A stretch of 64,000 bases of DNA from an uncultured Gemmatimonadota bacterium (GTDB lineage: Bacteria; JAAXHH01): contig OX638340.1 in assembly GCA_951812955.1 (NCBI GenBank), positions 1,024,001 to 1,088,000 on the forward strand, in the 5' to 3' direction. The notes beneath the pieces were generated by a model. That model had not been told where the DNA came from, did no database searches, and worked only from the letters and a program-made list of their open reading frames with translations. The position numbers were made by a program, and so were the translations under genes. Shown in pieces: positions 1 to 10,240 of this stretch. How positions within the stretch are numbered: position 1 is the first letter of the stretch; each line of letters opens with the position of its first letter.

Positions 1-60
1 TACCGCAACGTGAAGGTGGACGGCCACGTGGAGAAGGTGCTCGACGAAGTGTCCGGCTGA
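1..60 (+). CDS. 3' end of a CDS entering the window (partial, product unknown)
   Basis: Open frame from window edge ending ...EKVLDEVSG then TGA at 58-60; too short to assign. Confidence 0.3.
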   Translation, partial: YRNVKVDGHVEKVLDEVSG

Positions 61-94
61 AGCGCGCACGGCCCGGCGATCCGTCGCCCGACTG

Positions 95-961
95 TTAGAG
101 CATGAACCGTTTCAGGTGGGCCCGCGCGCGGACGAAACCCTCCTCTTCCAGATCCCACGAGCTATAATACCGGCCGTCCTCATGCTCGATGCTGAGTATG
201 CCGTCGTACCCGAAATCCTCGAGCCGTTTCATGATTTGCGCCCAGTCGGCCAGGCCCTCGCCGGGTATACAATACCGCCAGTAGCCTTCGCCGAAAGCGA
301 CCCGTGATTCGAAGGAAGGTTTGATTCTACCGTAAAGATAGAGCGCTTCCTCGTCGAACATGGTGTCCTTGGCGTGGACATGGTGTGCCCGGTGGCCGAA
401 TTCATTCAGGAAGCGCATCGGGTCCACACCCAGCCTGATCAGGTGCGAGGGATCGTAGTTGATCCCGAAGGCGGGCGATGGGCAGGCCTCGAACATGGCA
501 CGCAGCATCTCGGGCGTCGCGCCGATCCGCTCATGGTGGGTAGATCCACCGGGCCAGCCCTCTAAGGCGATGGTCGCCCCTCTGGATTCGGCAAAATCCG
601 CGATATCGGGCATGGTGCGCTTCCACTGTTCGAAAGTCGCATCGCGTCCCTGGGCGGGGTCCCCGGGTGCCGGCGCCACATAGAACATATTGGTCACGCC
701 ATGGTCCACCGCGCGCTGTATGGAATCCCTGGACTCGCCCAGCGCATGTTCCCGCTGTCCGGCGTCTTCACTCAACAGTTCCGTGCCGGCGACCAGGTCT
801 ACCTGGCCGATGGCCACGCCGTGTGTTTCGGCGGTCCGGACCTTGTCCCCGTCGATCCGGGAAATGTCGATCGTATCGAACCCCTTTTCGGCCATCCACG
901 CGCAGACCGACTCAAATGGCATTTCGTTCAATCGGCCCGTAGTGCGAATCCCCACTCTCAT
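95..961 (-). CDS. sugar phosphate isomerase/epimerase (xylose-isomerase-like TIM barrel)
   Basis: 288-aa ORF; TIM-barrel family pattern with conserved His/Glu/Asp metal ligands (HHVHAKD, SIEHED). Confidence 0.75.
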   Translation of the reverse strand: MRVGIRTTGRLNEMPFESVCAWMAEKGFDTIDISRIDGDKVRTAETHGVAIGQVDLVAGTELLSEDAGQREHALGESRDSIQRAVDHGVTNMFYVAPAPGDPAQGRDATFEQWKRTMPDIADFAESRGATIALEGWPGGSTHHERIGATPEMLRAMFEACPSPAFGINYDPSHLIRLGVDPMRFLNEFGHRAHHVHAKDTMFDEEALYLYGRIKPSFESRVAFGEGYWRYCIPGEGLADWAQIMKRLEDFGYDGILSIEHEDGRYYSSWDLEEEGFVRARAHLKRFML

Positions 962-1104
962 CGTGACTCTCCTTCAGATTTGAAAAAACGTCGTTGACAC
1001 AGTCGCCGGTCAATGTATATGAACCTGCATGGGGTCGCAAGGCAAAGCAGCCCTTTGAAACCGCAGACCATATGTGATTCGACTGGGACTGCAGAAAGGA
1101 CAAT

Positions 1105-1656
1105 TTGACCAGGAACACGCGACTGGCCACGGCCTCCCTGATGGCGGCGCTGACCGCGGTGAGCGCCTACGTAATCCTGCCCATTGGCCCGGTGCCGATC
1201 ACCATGCAGACCTGCTTCGTCCTGCTCTCCGGCGCGGTGCTCGGCAGCCGCTGGGGCGCCGGAAGCCAGATCGTCTACGTTTGTCTCGGCCTGGCGGGCA
1301 TCCCGGTATTCGCCGGCGGCATGAGCGGCCCCGGAGTCGTGATTTCGCCGACTTTCGGCTACATCGCAGGATTCGTGCTGGCCGCGTTTCTGACCGGAAA
1401 ATACCTGGAGCGTTTTTCCAGGAACAGCGTAACGCATCTCGCCGCGGGCATGCTGATCGGGCAGGCGGCCATCTGGGGATGCGGCCTGTTGTACCTCCAT
1501 GCCTATTTCAATCTGTACGCGGGCGTGGAGACCTCGTGGCGCGGCGCCATTGCCATGGGACTGCTTCCCTTCATCCCCTTCGACCTGGTCAAGCTCGTAC
1601 TCGCGTTGTCCGTCAGCCGCACGTTGTCCAGGTATACGCCTTGGGAAACTGCATGA
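1105..1656 (+). CDS. bioY: biotin transporter BioY (ECF-type S component)
   Basis: 183-aa polytopic membrane protein; N-terminal PIGPVPITMQTCFVLLSGAVLGSRWGA matches BioY signature region. Confidence 0.8.
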   Translation: MTRNTRLATASLMAALTAVSAYVILPIGPVPITMQTCFVLLSGAVLGSRWGAGSQIVYVCLGLAGIPVFAGGMSGPGVVISPTFGYIAGFVLAAFLTGKYLERFSRNSVTHLAAGMLIGQAAIWGCGLLYLHAYFNLYAGVETSWRGAIAMGLLPFIPFDLVKLVLALSVSRTLSRYTPWETA

Positions 1657-1779
1657 GGTCTTGAGACCGGCGACCGCTCCCCTGCGCGAAGCGGCGGCAG
1701 ACACCTCGCTGTTGACACGACAACGGCGGATCAGTATAGTCTTTACCTTCCGGGATCGCGCGACAGCGCCGGTCCCATC

Positions 1780-3534
1780 ATGTACACAACATCTTCAGGT
1801 AATCCCATGAAGGAATGGACACGATCGATCCGGGTTGCGTGTTCGCGCTTTCCGGCCTTATCCGCGCGCGGCCGTATAGCCGCCGTCTCGACATGTCTGC
1901 TCGGGTTCCTGCTCGGATTCCTGCCGGCCGGTACGCTGACCGGCGCCGTCCCAGTGGTCAATTCCATTGGAAAACCGATGCCGCCGGACGCGGCGCCCCT
2001 GGACCAGCAGGTGTTCCGCTACACGCTGGTCGAGCCTCTGACCTTCGACGTCAGTATCAACATTTACGAGGGCCAGGGAGCGCTTACGCTGTTCGAGCGC
2101 CTGGTCATGCTCGACAAGAACCTGGAGCTGGTCGGCGCGGCGGCTTCCTCGTGGGAGCAGTCGGCGGACGGGCTTCGCTGGACGTTCAAACTCCGTCCCG
2201 ATGGGAGATGGAGTGATGGACGCAGGGTCACGGCACACGACTACGAATACACCTACAAGCGGTTCCTCGATCCGGCCGTGGCAAGTCCCTACGCCTTCTT
2301 CTACTACGAAATCAAGGGCGCCCGCCCGTTCAACCAGGGCAGTGTTACCGATCCATCAACCGTGGGCGTGCGTGCCCTGGACGACCTCACGCTGGAGATC
2401 GAAACGGAGAAGCCCTGTCCCTATCTGCCCTTTATTGTGGCTTTCACCGGATCGGGACCGGTACCCCGGTGGCAGGTGGAAAAACACGGGGTACTTTGGA
2501 GCGAAGCCGGGAACCTGGTTTCCAATGCGAGCTACACCCTATCTGAATGGCAAAAGGGCAGGCAGGCCACGCTGACCCTCAATCCCTACTATACCGGTCC
2601 CCATAAGGGGTATCTCGAGAAAATCGTCCAGATATTCACCACGGGACACCCGGGTACCCCGCCGTACGAGAACGACGAAATCGACTATCTCAGGGTCCTG
2701 TTGACCGACCTGCCGTTTATTGAGAACCATCCAACCCTGAAATCCGAGCTTGTATACTACGCCTTTCCGGAAACGTGGTATCTTTTTTTCAAGACCCGCG
2801 AGCCGCCATTCGACGATGTACGGGTGCGGCGGGCGATCAGCCACGCCATCGACCGCGAGGCCTTGTGCACCGTCGTGCTGCGAAATACGGGCGTACCCGC
2901 ATACTCCATGTTGCCTCCCAGATTCCCAGGCAGCGCGGATTCGTCCATACAGGCAATCCAGGCTTACGACACCGAACGCGCCAAGGCCCTGCTTGCCGAA
3001 GCGGGCTATCCCGATGGAAAGGGGTTTCCGGTCATCGATTTCTGGATAGGCAAGACCAATCCCCAGATCAGTTACACCGCCCAGGCCGTGCAGGCGATGC
3101 TTGGAAATACCCTGGGGATGCGTATGCGGATGAGAGGTTCGGAGGACAAGGTGTACCGGGACAACATGTACAAGTGGAACATCCCCATGGGGCTTGGAGG
3201 ATTCAATGCGGACTATCCCGATCCGAACAACCTGCTCGGTATGGTATGGCGTTCGCAGCCGAGGGGATTCGGGCGGCAGGACTGGCGTAACGAGGGTTTC
3301 GACCAGCTGATCGACGCGGCGGCGGACGAGTTGGATCACAACAAGCGCATGAGCATGTACCAGGAAGCGGAACGGATCCTGGCGGAAGACGCCGGCGGCG
3401 CATTTCTGTACCATAACATGACGGTGGATCTGCGCAAACCCTATCTCAAAGGGCTCGAAGTCAACAAGTTCGGATACACGATGTTCTCCTGGATCGGCAT
3501 CATGCATACGAAAATGTACATCGCCCGGCATTAG
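1780..3534 (+). CDS. ABC transporter substrate-binding protein, family 5 (peptide/nickel/opine type)
   Basis: 584 aa; hydrophobic signal-like N-terminus, typical SBP_bac_5 core; true start may be the MKEW Met at 1807. Confidence 0.8.
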   Translation: MYTTSSGNPMKEWTRSIRVACSRFPALSARGRIAAVSTCLLGFLLGFLPAGTLTGAVPVVNSIGKPMPPDAAPLDQQVFRYTLVEPLTFDVSINIYEGQGALTLFERLVMLDKNLELVGAAASSWEQSADGLRWTFKLRPDGRWSDGRRVTAHDYEYTYKRFLDPAVASPYAFFYYEIKGARPFNQGSVTDPSTVGVRALDDLTLEIETEKPCPYLPFIVAFTGSGPVPRWQVEKHGVLWSEAGNLVSNASYTLSEWQKGRQATLTLNPYYTGPHKGYLEKIVQIFTTGHPGTPPYENDEIDYLRVLLTDLPFIENHPTLKSELVYYAFPETWYLFFKTREPPFDDVRVRRAISHAIDREALCTVVLRNTGVPAYSMLPPRFPGSADSSIQAIQAYDTERAKALLAEAGYPDGKGFPVIDFWIGKTNPQISYTAQAVQAMLGNTLGMRMRMRGSEDKVYRDNMYKWNIPMGLGGFNADYPDPNNLLGMVWRSQPRGFGRQDWRNEGFDQLIDAAADELDHNKRMSMYQEAERILAEDAGGAFLYHNMTVDLRKPYLKGLEVNKFGYTMFSWIGIMHTKMYIARH

Positions 3535-3569
3535 AATCGATTACCCGGAAGGAGCGCACGGAACTTGAT

Positions 3570-4436
3570 ATGCTCGGAAGGAGTGAACGGACCTTGAACG
3601 TGGAAGGGATCGTTACCGAAGACATCGTACGACAATACCGGGAAGACGGCGCGGTGTGCATCAGAAAGGCCTTCGATCCGCACTGGGTGTCCGTCGTGGA
3701 AGCCGGCGTGTCACGCAACGTGGCAGAGCCCAGCGACTATGCGGGCGTTCTGAAAGCGGGCGAGGAAGACAGGGGCGGGTTCTTCGACGACTACTGCAAC
3801 TGGCAGCGGATTCCCGAATACGGCGACTTCGTGTACGCGTCACCCGCGGGGGCCATGACGGCGCAGCTGATGGCATCGGGGAGCTCAGTATTCTATCACG
3901 AGCATCTGCTGATCAAGTGGCCCGGCACGCTCAAGCGGACGCCCTGGCACCACGACCAGCCCTATTACCCGGTGAACGGCCGGCAGAACGTATCCCTCTG
4001 GATGCCACTGGACCCGGTTTCGAAAGCGTCCTGCGTACAGTTCATCAGGGGTTCCCACAACTGGGACCGCTGGTTCGTCCCCCGCAAGTTCGCCAGCGAG
4101 ACCAATTACGCCCTCGCGGACGCCTCGGCGAAGCCGATGCTCGGTGACCGGCCCTTCGAGGACGTGCCGCCCATCGACGAACACCTGGAAGACTACGATA
4201 TCCTCGCGTGGGACATGGAACCCGGCGACGTCATCGCCTTTCACATGTGCACGCTGCACGGCGCGGCCGGCAACCAGTCCCTCTCCGATGCGCGGCGCGT
4301 CCTGGCCACGCGCTGGCTCGGTGACGACACCCGGTTTACCGACAGGCCCTGGGAGATTTCTCCTAAGGTGACGGGAGGTCTGGCCCCGGGAGATCCCATG
4401 GCCTGCGACCAGTTCCCGCTGGTCTGGTCAGCATAA
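3570..4436 (+). CDS. phytanoyl-CoA dioxygenase (PhyH) family Fe(II)/2-oxoglutarate oxygenase
   Basis: 288 aa; WHHDQPYYP and HMCTLHGAAGN give the His-x-Asp...His facial triad context typical of PhyH. Confidence 0.75.
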   Translation: MLGRSERTLNVEGIVTEDIVRQYREDGAVCIRKAFDPHWVSVVEAGVSRNVAEPSDYAGVLKAGEEDRGGFFDDYCNWQRIPEYGDFVYASPAGAMTAQLMASGSSVFYHEHLLIKWPGTLKRTPWHHDQPYYPVNGRQNVSLWMPLDPVSKASCVQFIRGSHNWDRWFVPRKFASETNYALADASAKPMLGDRPFEDVPPIDEHLEDYDILAWDMEPGDVIAFHMCTLHGAAGNQSLSDARRVLATRWLGDDTRFTDRPWEISPKVTGGLAPGDPMACDQFPLVWSA

Positions 4437-4449
4437 AGAAGGAACCCAC

Positions 4450-5283
4450 ATGAACCATCAGTTAACGACCGAGCAGATCGCGTCTTACAGGGAAAACGGC
4501 TTTCTGATCATAGAGGATTTCCTGAATGAATCCGAACTGGAGACCTGGCGGTCGGCAGTGGAGGAAGCGGTGGCGTTGCGGGACGAGAACCGGCTGCCGG
4601 AGGGATCCTACCACCTGGACAGGAAGGTAACGGCGGGGGATGAAGCCGTATTCCGGCAGCGGATCAACCTGTGGATGGATCATGCCGGCGTTCGCACGCT
4701 GATGCTGGACAGTAGGCTGGGCAGAATGGCGGCCGACCTGGAAGGCGTCGAAGGAATACGGATCTGGCACGACCAGGCCCTGATCAAGCTGCCGTGGGCG
4801 AATCCCACCACCTGGCATCAGGACAATACCAAGTGGTCCTTCGTGTCAGACCACTCCATCACGATCTGGGTCGCCCTCGACGAGGTAACCATCCAGAACG
4901 GCTGCATGTTTTTCATGCCCGGTTCCCAAAAGAAACGGCGCGACGATTACCCGGCGGCGGGGAATCACGTGGGCGCCATGTTCGAAGCTTATCCCGATCT
5001 CGGCGCGATGGAACCCGTGCCCGTCGTCATGCCGGCGGGGGGCTGTTCCTTTCACAACGGACTGATCGTGCACGCCGCCAATGCAAATATGACGCCCTAT
5101 CCGCGAAGGGCCTTTACCTGCGCCTACATGCCCGACCACAGCCGTTTCAACGGCATACCCAATGTCCTTCCCAAGCGGATCCTGAATACCATTCAAATTG
5201 GCGATCCGCTTGAAGATGGAGACCAGAACCCGCTGATCCACACCTACGACCCGAAACGCGAAGGCCTCACCGGCCCCGTGTGA
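4450..5283 (+). CDS. phytanoyl-CoA dioxygenase (PhyH) family protein (tandem paralog)
   Basis: 277 aa; WHQDNTKW ... CSFHNGLIVHAANAN; directly downstream of 3570-4436. Confidence 0.75.
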   Translation: MNHQLTTEQIASYRENGFLIIEDFLNESELETWRSAVEEAVALRDENRLPEGSYHLDRKVTAGDEAVFRQRINLWMDHAGVRTLMLDSRLGRMAADLEGVEGIRIWHDQALIKLPWANPTTWHQDNTKWSFVSDHSITIWVALDEVTIQNGCMFFMPGSQKKRRDDYPAAGNHVGAMFEAYPDLGAMEPVPVVMPAGGCSFHNGLIVHAANANMTPYPRRAFTCAYMPDHSRFNGIPNVLPKRILNTIQIGDPLEDGDQNPLIHTYDPKREGLTGPV

Positions 5284-5295
5284 GGAGGTACATCG

Positions 5296-8004
5296 ATGAA
5301 CCGGTTTACCGTCCTGCCACTGTTATGCCTGATTCTTCTCTGCGGAACGATCTCCGGCGTTTCAAAAGCGCAGGACTTCGAGTATTGGCCCGGCACCGAA
5401 TACGATGCTTCGGTACCCACCGCGGAGGAGATCCTGGGCTACCGGATCGGTGACCGCATCACGCCCCACGCGGGCCTGATGAAATACCTGGAAGCGCTCG
5501 AGTCGGCGATGCCCGACCAGGTGCATATTCTCGAATACGCACAGTCCTGGGAAAGGCGCAGACTCGTCTATGCTTTCGTGGGATCGGCGGAACACATCGG
5601 CGCACTGGCGGCCATCGGCGAAGGCATGGAACGGCTGGCGGACCCGAGAATAACGTCCCGCGCCAGCGCCGACAGCCTGATTGCCTCCATGCCGGTAATT
5701 GTGAATCTCAGCTACAGCGTGCACGGAAACGAGATCTCCCCTTCGGATGCGGCGCTGCTCACGGCCTACCACCTGCTGGCGGCCCGGAACGACCCTGTCG
5801 TCGACCGGATCCTCAAAGAGACGATCGTGATGATCGATCCGGTCCAGAATCCCGATGGGCGGGACCGGTTCGTCCATAATTTCGAGATCGCCGAAGGACT
5901 GGAGCCGAATGCCAGTCCGCTTGCGGCCGAGCACAACGAACCCTGGCCCGGGGGGCGGACCAACCATTACTACTTCGACCTGAACCGCGACTGGATTTCG
6001 TTGAACCATCCCGAGACCCTGGGGAGGGTGAAGGTTCTGCAGGAGTATTTCCCGCCGGTCTTCGTCGACCTCCACGAAATGGGATCCAATGCCACCTATT
6101 ACTTCGCGCCAGAGGCCATTCCCTACAATCCGCACCTGGCCAGGGACCAGCGGGAGAGTCTCCAGCTCTTCGGAAAAAACAACGCGAAGTGGTTCGACCA
6201 TTTCGGATTCTCGTACTTCACGAGGGAAGTGTTCGACGCCTTCTATCCGGGTTACGGCGCGAGTTGGCCGTCCTACTACGGCAGCGTGGCCATGACGTAT
6301 GAACAGGCGTCGGCCCGGGGACTCGTCGTCCGAAGAAGCGACGAGTCGGTCATGCATTTCCGGGACACGGTGCGGCATCACTTCGTCGCTTCCATCGCCA
6401 CCAGCGAAACGGCGGCGAGCAACCGGGAGCAGCTACTGGCGGACTTCTATGCCTACCGGCAGTCGGCGATTGAAGAAGGCCGCAGCGAAGATATCCGGTC
6501 CTACATCCTGCCGCGCAGGTTGGCCGGCAACACCTCGGGAGTGGACAAGCTGGCCTGGCTCATGGCTTATCACGGCGTGGAGGTCCAGCAGGCCGGTTCG
6601 GACTTCCGGGCGGGAGGGAAGAACTATCCCGCGGGCAGTTACGTCATATCTCTCGCCCAGCCCGCCAAGCGCCTGATTCGCACGCTCATGGATACGCACG
6701 TACCGATGAGCGAGGACTTTATCGCGGAACAGGAGCGGCGCAGGAGCAAGGGCTTAGGCGACCAGATATACGACGTGACCGCGTGGTCCTTTCCGCTGAT
6801 GTACAACGTCGAAACCGTGGCCGTGGACCGCCAGGTCGAGGGAAATCTCACCATGGTCGATCCCGCCCTGGTTCCGCCGGGATCGATCACGGGAGGCCGC
6901 GCGGAAGTAGCCTATCTGGTTCCCTGGGGCACCCAGGCCGCGGGTCGGCTGCTGGCCGCTTCGCTGAGGGCGGGACTCCGCGCATTCAGTACCGACCTGG
7001 CGTTCGCGCAGGGGGACCGGCGCTACCCGACCGGCACGCTGATCTTCAAGGTCAAGGACAACCCGGATCACATGCACGAAACGTTGGCGGAGATCGCCGT
7101 CTCATCCGGAGCGGAAGTCATCGCGACCGATACCGGGTGGGTGGATGAAGGGCCTAATTTCGGCAGCAACAACGTCGTGTATATGCGCAAGCCCCGCATC
7201 GCCCTGGCGTGGGACAGGCCGACCCGGGCCTACAACGCCGGCGCCACCCGTTTCGTCGTGGAACGCCAGATCGGGTACCCGGTGACGCCTATCCGGACGC
7301 GCCAGATTGCCACTGCCGACCTGAGGGACTTCGATGTACTGCTGCTGCCCGATCCCGGGTTCGGCGCCACTTATGAGGACGTACTCGGCGAACGGGGAAC
7401 CAGGCGGATAAGGGACTGGGTCCGTACCGGCGGCACGGTGGTTGGCCTGGGCAGCGGCGCCACGGCCTTCCTCGCGGGTGGTATGACCGGACTTCTTTCG
7501 ACGGCCAGAGAGGACCAGGCCAAAGAGGACGGCGAAGGCGACGGCGATACCGGTGACGGAGATGCTGCCGGCAGGATATTCCGTACGGAAGAAGAATACC
7601 TGAGGGCGTTGAAGTCCGATGACTCCGCGCCGCCGGCCACGCAGGGCGTCCTCCTCAAGGCCGGGCTCGATCCCGACCACTGGTTGGCCGCCGGCAGGGA
7701 CAGCACCGTGAACGCCCTGGTCAGCGGCAGCTCGATCTTTACTCCGCTCAAGCTGGACGAAGGAAATAACGTGGCCGTCTTTCTGGGTCCCGACGAAGTA
7801 CTCGCCAGTGGGTTCGCGTGGGAAGGCAGCACGAAACAGTTGGCCTACAAGCCTTTGCTCATGGAAGAACGACACGGCCGCGGCCTGGCCATCGGGTTTA
7901 CGGCCGACCCGAACTTCAGGGCGTACATGGACGGTCTGAACATCCTGTTCCTCAACGCGATATTTCGAGGCCCGGCCCATTCGGGAGCGGCCGTGACCGA
8001 GTAG
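5296..8004 (+). CDS. secreted M14-family zinc carboxypeptidase (large, multidomain)
   Basis: 902 aa; signal peptide MNRFTVLPLLCLILLCGTISGVSKA; SVHGNEISP Zn-binding HxxE motif region of peptidase M14; acidic G/D linker at aa ~735-760. Confidence 0.8.
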   Translation: MNRFTVLPLLCLILLCGTISGVSKAQDFEYWPGTEYDASVPTAEEILGYRIGDRITPHAGLMKYLEALESAMPDQVHILEYAQSWERRRLVYAFVGSAEHIGALAAIGEGMERLADPRITSRASADSLIASMPVIVNLSYSVHGNEISPSDAALLTAYHLLAARNDPVVDRILKETIVMIDPVQNPDGRDRFVHNFEIAEGLEPNASPLAAEHNEPWPGGRTNHYYFDLNRDWISLNHPETLGRVKVLQEYFPPVFVDLHEMGSNATYYFAPEAIPYNPHLARDQRESLQLFGKNNAKWFDHFGFSYFTREVFDAFYPGYGASWPSYYGSVAMTYEQASARGLVVRRSDESVMHFRDTVRHHFVASIATSETAASNREQLLADFYAYRQSAIEEGRSEDIRSYILPRRLAGNTSGVDKLAWLMAYHGVEVQQAGSDFRAGGKNYPAGSYVISLAQPAKRLIRTLMDTHVPMSEDFIAEQERRRSKGLGDQIYDVTAWSFPLMYNVETVAVDRQVEGNLTMVDPALVPPGSITGGRAEVAYLVPWGTQAAGRLLAASLRAGLRAFSTDLAFAQGDRRYPTGTLIFKVKDNPDHMHETLAEIAVSSGAEVIATDTGWVDEGPNFGSNNVVYMRKPRIALAWDRPTRAYNAGATRFVVERQIGYPVTPIRTRQIATADLRDFDVLLLPDPGFGATYEDVLGERGTRRIRDWVRTGGTVVGLGSGATAFLAGGMTGLLSTAREDQAKEDGEGDGDTGDGDAAGRIFRTEEEYLRALKSDDSAPPATQGVLLKAGLDPDHWLAAGRDSTVNALVSGSSIFTPLKLDEGNNVAVFLGPDEVLASGFAWEGSTKQLAYKPLLMEERHGRGLAIGFTADPNFRAYMDGLNILFLNAIFRGPAHSGAAVTE

Positions 8005-8125
8005 GCAAACCGAGCGCCCGAATCGACCTCGGTGAAGCCGGCGCATTATCGAAACGGCCGGGGAACAGATCCGCGACCCGGTGGCAGTCTGATAGAACAA
8101 CTCCCGAAGAAAGGCGGTCTGTGGC

Positions 8126-9133
8126 ATGTCCTCCATTCCCATGCGTAACACCCCGCCGGACCATGGTATCAGGGTGCCTTACGAAACCCATTCTGCATTT
8201 ATCGCGGAACTTTTCGCCGCGGCCGGCATGAGACGCGGTGAAGCCGGGTTGATGGCCAGGATCCTTGCCACGGCCGACAAACGCTGTGTGTACAGCCACG
8301 GCACACAGCAGGCGCTCGGGTATTTGCCGAAGCTTCGTGACGGCGAGGTGAATCCACGCCCAAACGTCACCGCGGTTCGCGAATCGGACACCGTCGTGGT
8401 CCTGGACGGAGACGGCGGCATGGGATACGGACCGTCCCACCGGGGTATGGAAACCGCCATCGAAAAAGCCCTGGCCCATGGCCTTGGCGCGGCCACCACG
8501 CGGAACCATTATCATTTCGGCGCGGCAGGGAACTACTCCCGCATGGCCCTGGAACATGGGTGCGTGGGATGGGCACTGTCCACCCACCGCGTCGCGCTCG
8601 ATCCTGACAGCGTGATCATGTCCGCAAGCGGCGGTTCGCCCATGAGCCTGGCCTTCCCGACGCGGAGCCAGCCTCCCCTGGTGCTCGACATGGCCGCGGT
8701 TTTCATGGGATACAAGGACGAACTGTTCCAGGAATTCTATGCCTTGTTCGCCAAGAGCCTGGGTCTCGCGGTCGCCTTGCAGGCGCTCGGGGGCATCCTG
8801 GCCGGCATCTGGAGGCCTGAATTCCAACCTCCCCGGACGAAATGGGAATCCAACCAGGGCGCTTTCCTGCTGGCCATGAAGATCGATCACTTCATGGATC
8901 TGGACGAGTTTGAGCGATCACTGGACGATTTCGTATCGAAGGCGAGGAACATGAGGCCGTTCCCTGGCATGCCATCGGCGGAACTGCCTGGTGGGATGGA
9001 GTGGCGGTGGGAAAAGGAAAATGATGAGACGGGGGTGCCGTTGAGCGACGAACACCGCGTGAGGCTGGAGGAGATCGCGGATACGTTCAACGTAGAGCCG
9101 CCCTACGAGTCGTTCGAATCCACGCGGTTCTGA
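8126..9133 (+). CDS. Ldh_2 family (malate/L-lactate/sulfolactate dehydrogenase type 2) oxidoreductase
   Basis: 335 aa; overall match to Ldh_2 fold family (HGTQQALGYLP, TRNHYHFGAAG). Confidence 0.7.
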   Translation: MSSIPMRNTPPDHGIRVPYETHSAFIAELFAAAGMRRGEAGLMARILATADKRCVYSHGTQQALGYLPKLRDGEVNPRPNVTAVRESDTVVVLDGDGGMGYGPSHRGMETAIEKALAHGLGAATTRNHYHFGAAGNYSRMALEHGCVGWALSTHRVALDPDSVIMSASGGSPMSLAFPTRSQPPLVLDMAAVFMGYKDELFQEFYALFAKSLGLAVALQALGGILAGIWRPEFQPPRTKWESNQGAFLLAMKIDHFMDLDEFERSLDDFVSKARNMRPFPGMPSAELPGGMEWRWEKENDETGVPLSDEHRVRLEEIADTFNVEPPYESFESTRF

Positions 9134-9187
9134 TACGGACTGCCTTTCCATTCCATACAGATTACCGGGGCGTTTAGCCGGCAGGGA

Positions 9188-9604
9188 TCAAGCGGTCGCC
9201 TCCTTGAACCAGGTTTCGTGCACGCGCAGCCATTCCAGTCCGTTCGGCATTGCATCATTGCGTCGGAATATCACGGTGCTGTGCCTGGAAGTGGTTTCTC
9301 CGCCTTCTTCCTGCCATTCTTCGTACTCCGCTATAACGAGTTCGTGATCTTCTGCCAGTATGCGGACGTTCTCGATCCAGATGCGTATACCCGGCCGGCC
9401 GGTGTGGGCTTCGTACAGGACTTTCAGCAGGGGTTCCCGCTCCACCTTTCCGCCATGCGGCATGACGATCACAAAGGCTCTAGCGAGCACGGTCCCCATT
9501 CGTTCGAACGCTTCGGTGGTCCTGGGGACACGACCGTTGAACCAGGATTCGAAACACTGGTGCAAGGCGTCGATTTCGTTTCGGCAGGAAGCGATCAGCT
9601 GCAT
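9188..9604 (-). CDS. SnoaL-like/NTF2-like (DUF4440-type) small protein
   Basis: 138 aa; alpha+beta cone-like small protein; AT-rich promoter region immediately upstream (9605-9697). Confidence 0.5.
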   Translation of the reverse strand: MQLIASCRNEIDALHQCFESWFNGRVPRTTEAFERMGTVLARAFVIVMPHGGKVEREPLLKVLYEAHTGRPGIRIWIENVRILAEDHELVIAEYEEWQEEGGETTSRHSTVIFRRNDAMPNGLEWLRVHETWFKEATA

Positions 9605-9697
9605 GGTTGATCCATTGTAAAGGCTATTAGGTTCGGGTGGTTAATTCTAGTTATCTTATTGAATTTATTGAAATAAGGTTTTATTCGATCGGAGGAT

Positions 9698-10240
9698 TCA
9701 CCGGCCTACCTTGAAGCCCACCATGGCGTAGACCGCGGTCGTGCTCACGCCCTTGTCCAGGTTGATGTATCTTCCCTCGATCCCCACGAACGCAATACCG
9801 AGCGAGGTCCCGACAAAAACGCCCGGCTGCGCGTAAAAGGTATTCGTCGTCCTGGTGATATCCGTCCTGGTATCATCCTCCAGGTTCATCGACTTCTCGG
9901 AATCCTGCGCCCGTCCCACTCCGATCATCGCGCGCACCAGAATGGGAGACGATACCAGCGTCACGCCCGCGTCCACCCCGTATAACAGCAGGGATTTCTC
10001 TCCGTCGTCCCCGGTTTTCGCAAGGTGATAGGTCGCTCTCGCACCGACGTGAACAGTTCTGATTCCGGTCGGCAGGCTAACGATTACACTGCCGCCCCCG
10101 CCTCTCTCGTATTTTTCCGTGGCCTGTCCGCCGTGAAAACCGAACTCGGCGCCCTGGGCGTGGGTCCGTTCCGGGGTGACGGCGGCCATGAGCCACATCA
10201 GGCAGACCGCGCGACAGATCAACTGCAAGAAAGTCATCAT
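9698..10240 (-). CDS. outer-membrane beta-barrel protein (OmpW/porin-like small OMP)
   Basis: 180 aa; signal peptide ending AQG; alternating amphipathic beta strands. Confidence 0.55.
   Translation of the reverse strand: MMTFLQLICRAVCLMWLMAAVTPERTHAQGAEFGFHGGQATEKYERGGGGSVIVSLPTGIRTVHVGARATYHLAKTGDDGEKSLLLYGVDAGVTLVSSPILVRAMIGVGRAQDSEKSMNLEDDTRTDITRTTNTFYAQPGVFVGTSLGIAFVGIEGRYINLDKGVSTTAVYAMVGFKVGR

Noticed and set aside
5362-6381. Long antisense ORFs (e.g. 5362-6381 -, 19341-20306 -, 20179-21081 -, 32256-33311 +, 36236-37564 +, 45489-46229 -, 47533-48453 -)
   Set aside because: Each lies fully inside a well-supported gene on the opposite strand and has Arg/Gly/Pro-biased composition typical of GC-rich shadow frames.
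7490-7580. Acidic GDGDTGDGD stretch as an independent repeat feature
   Set aside because: It is in-frame coding low complexity within the M14 peptidase, not a DNA-level repeat element.
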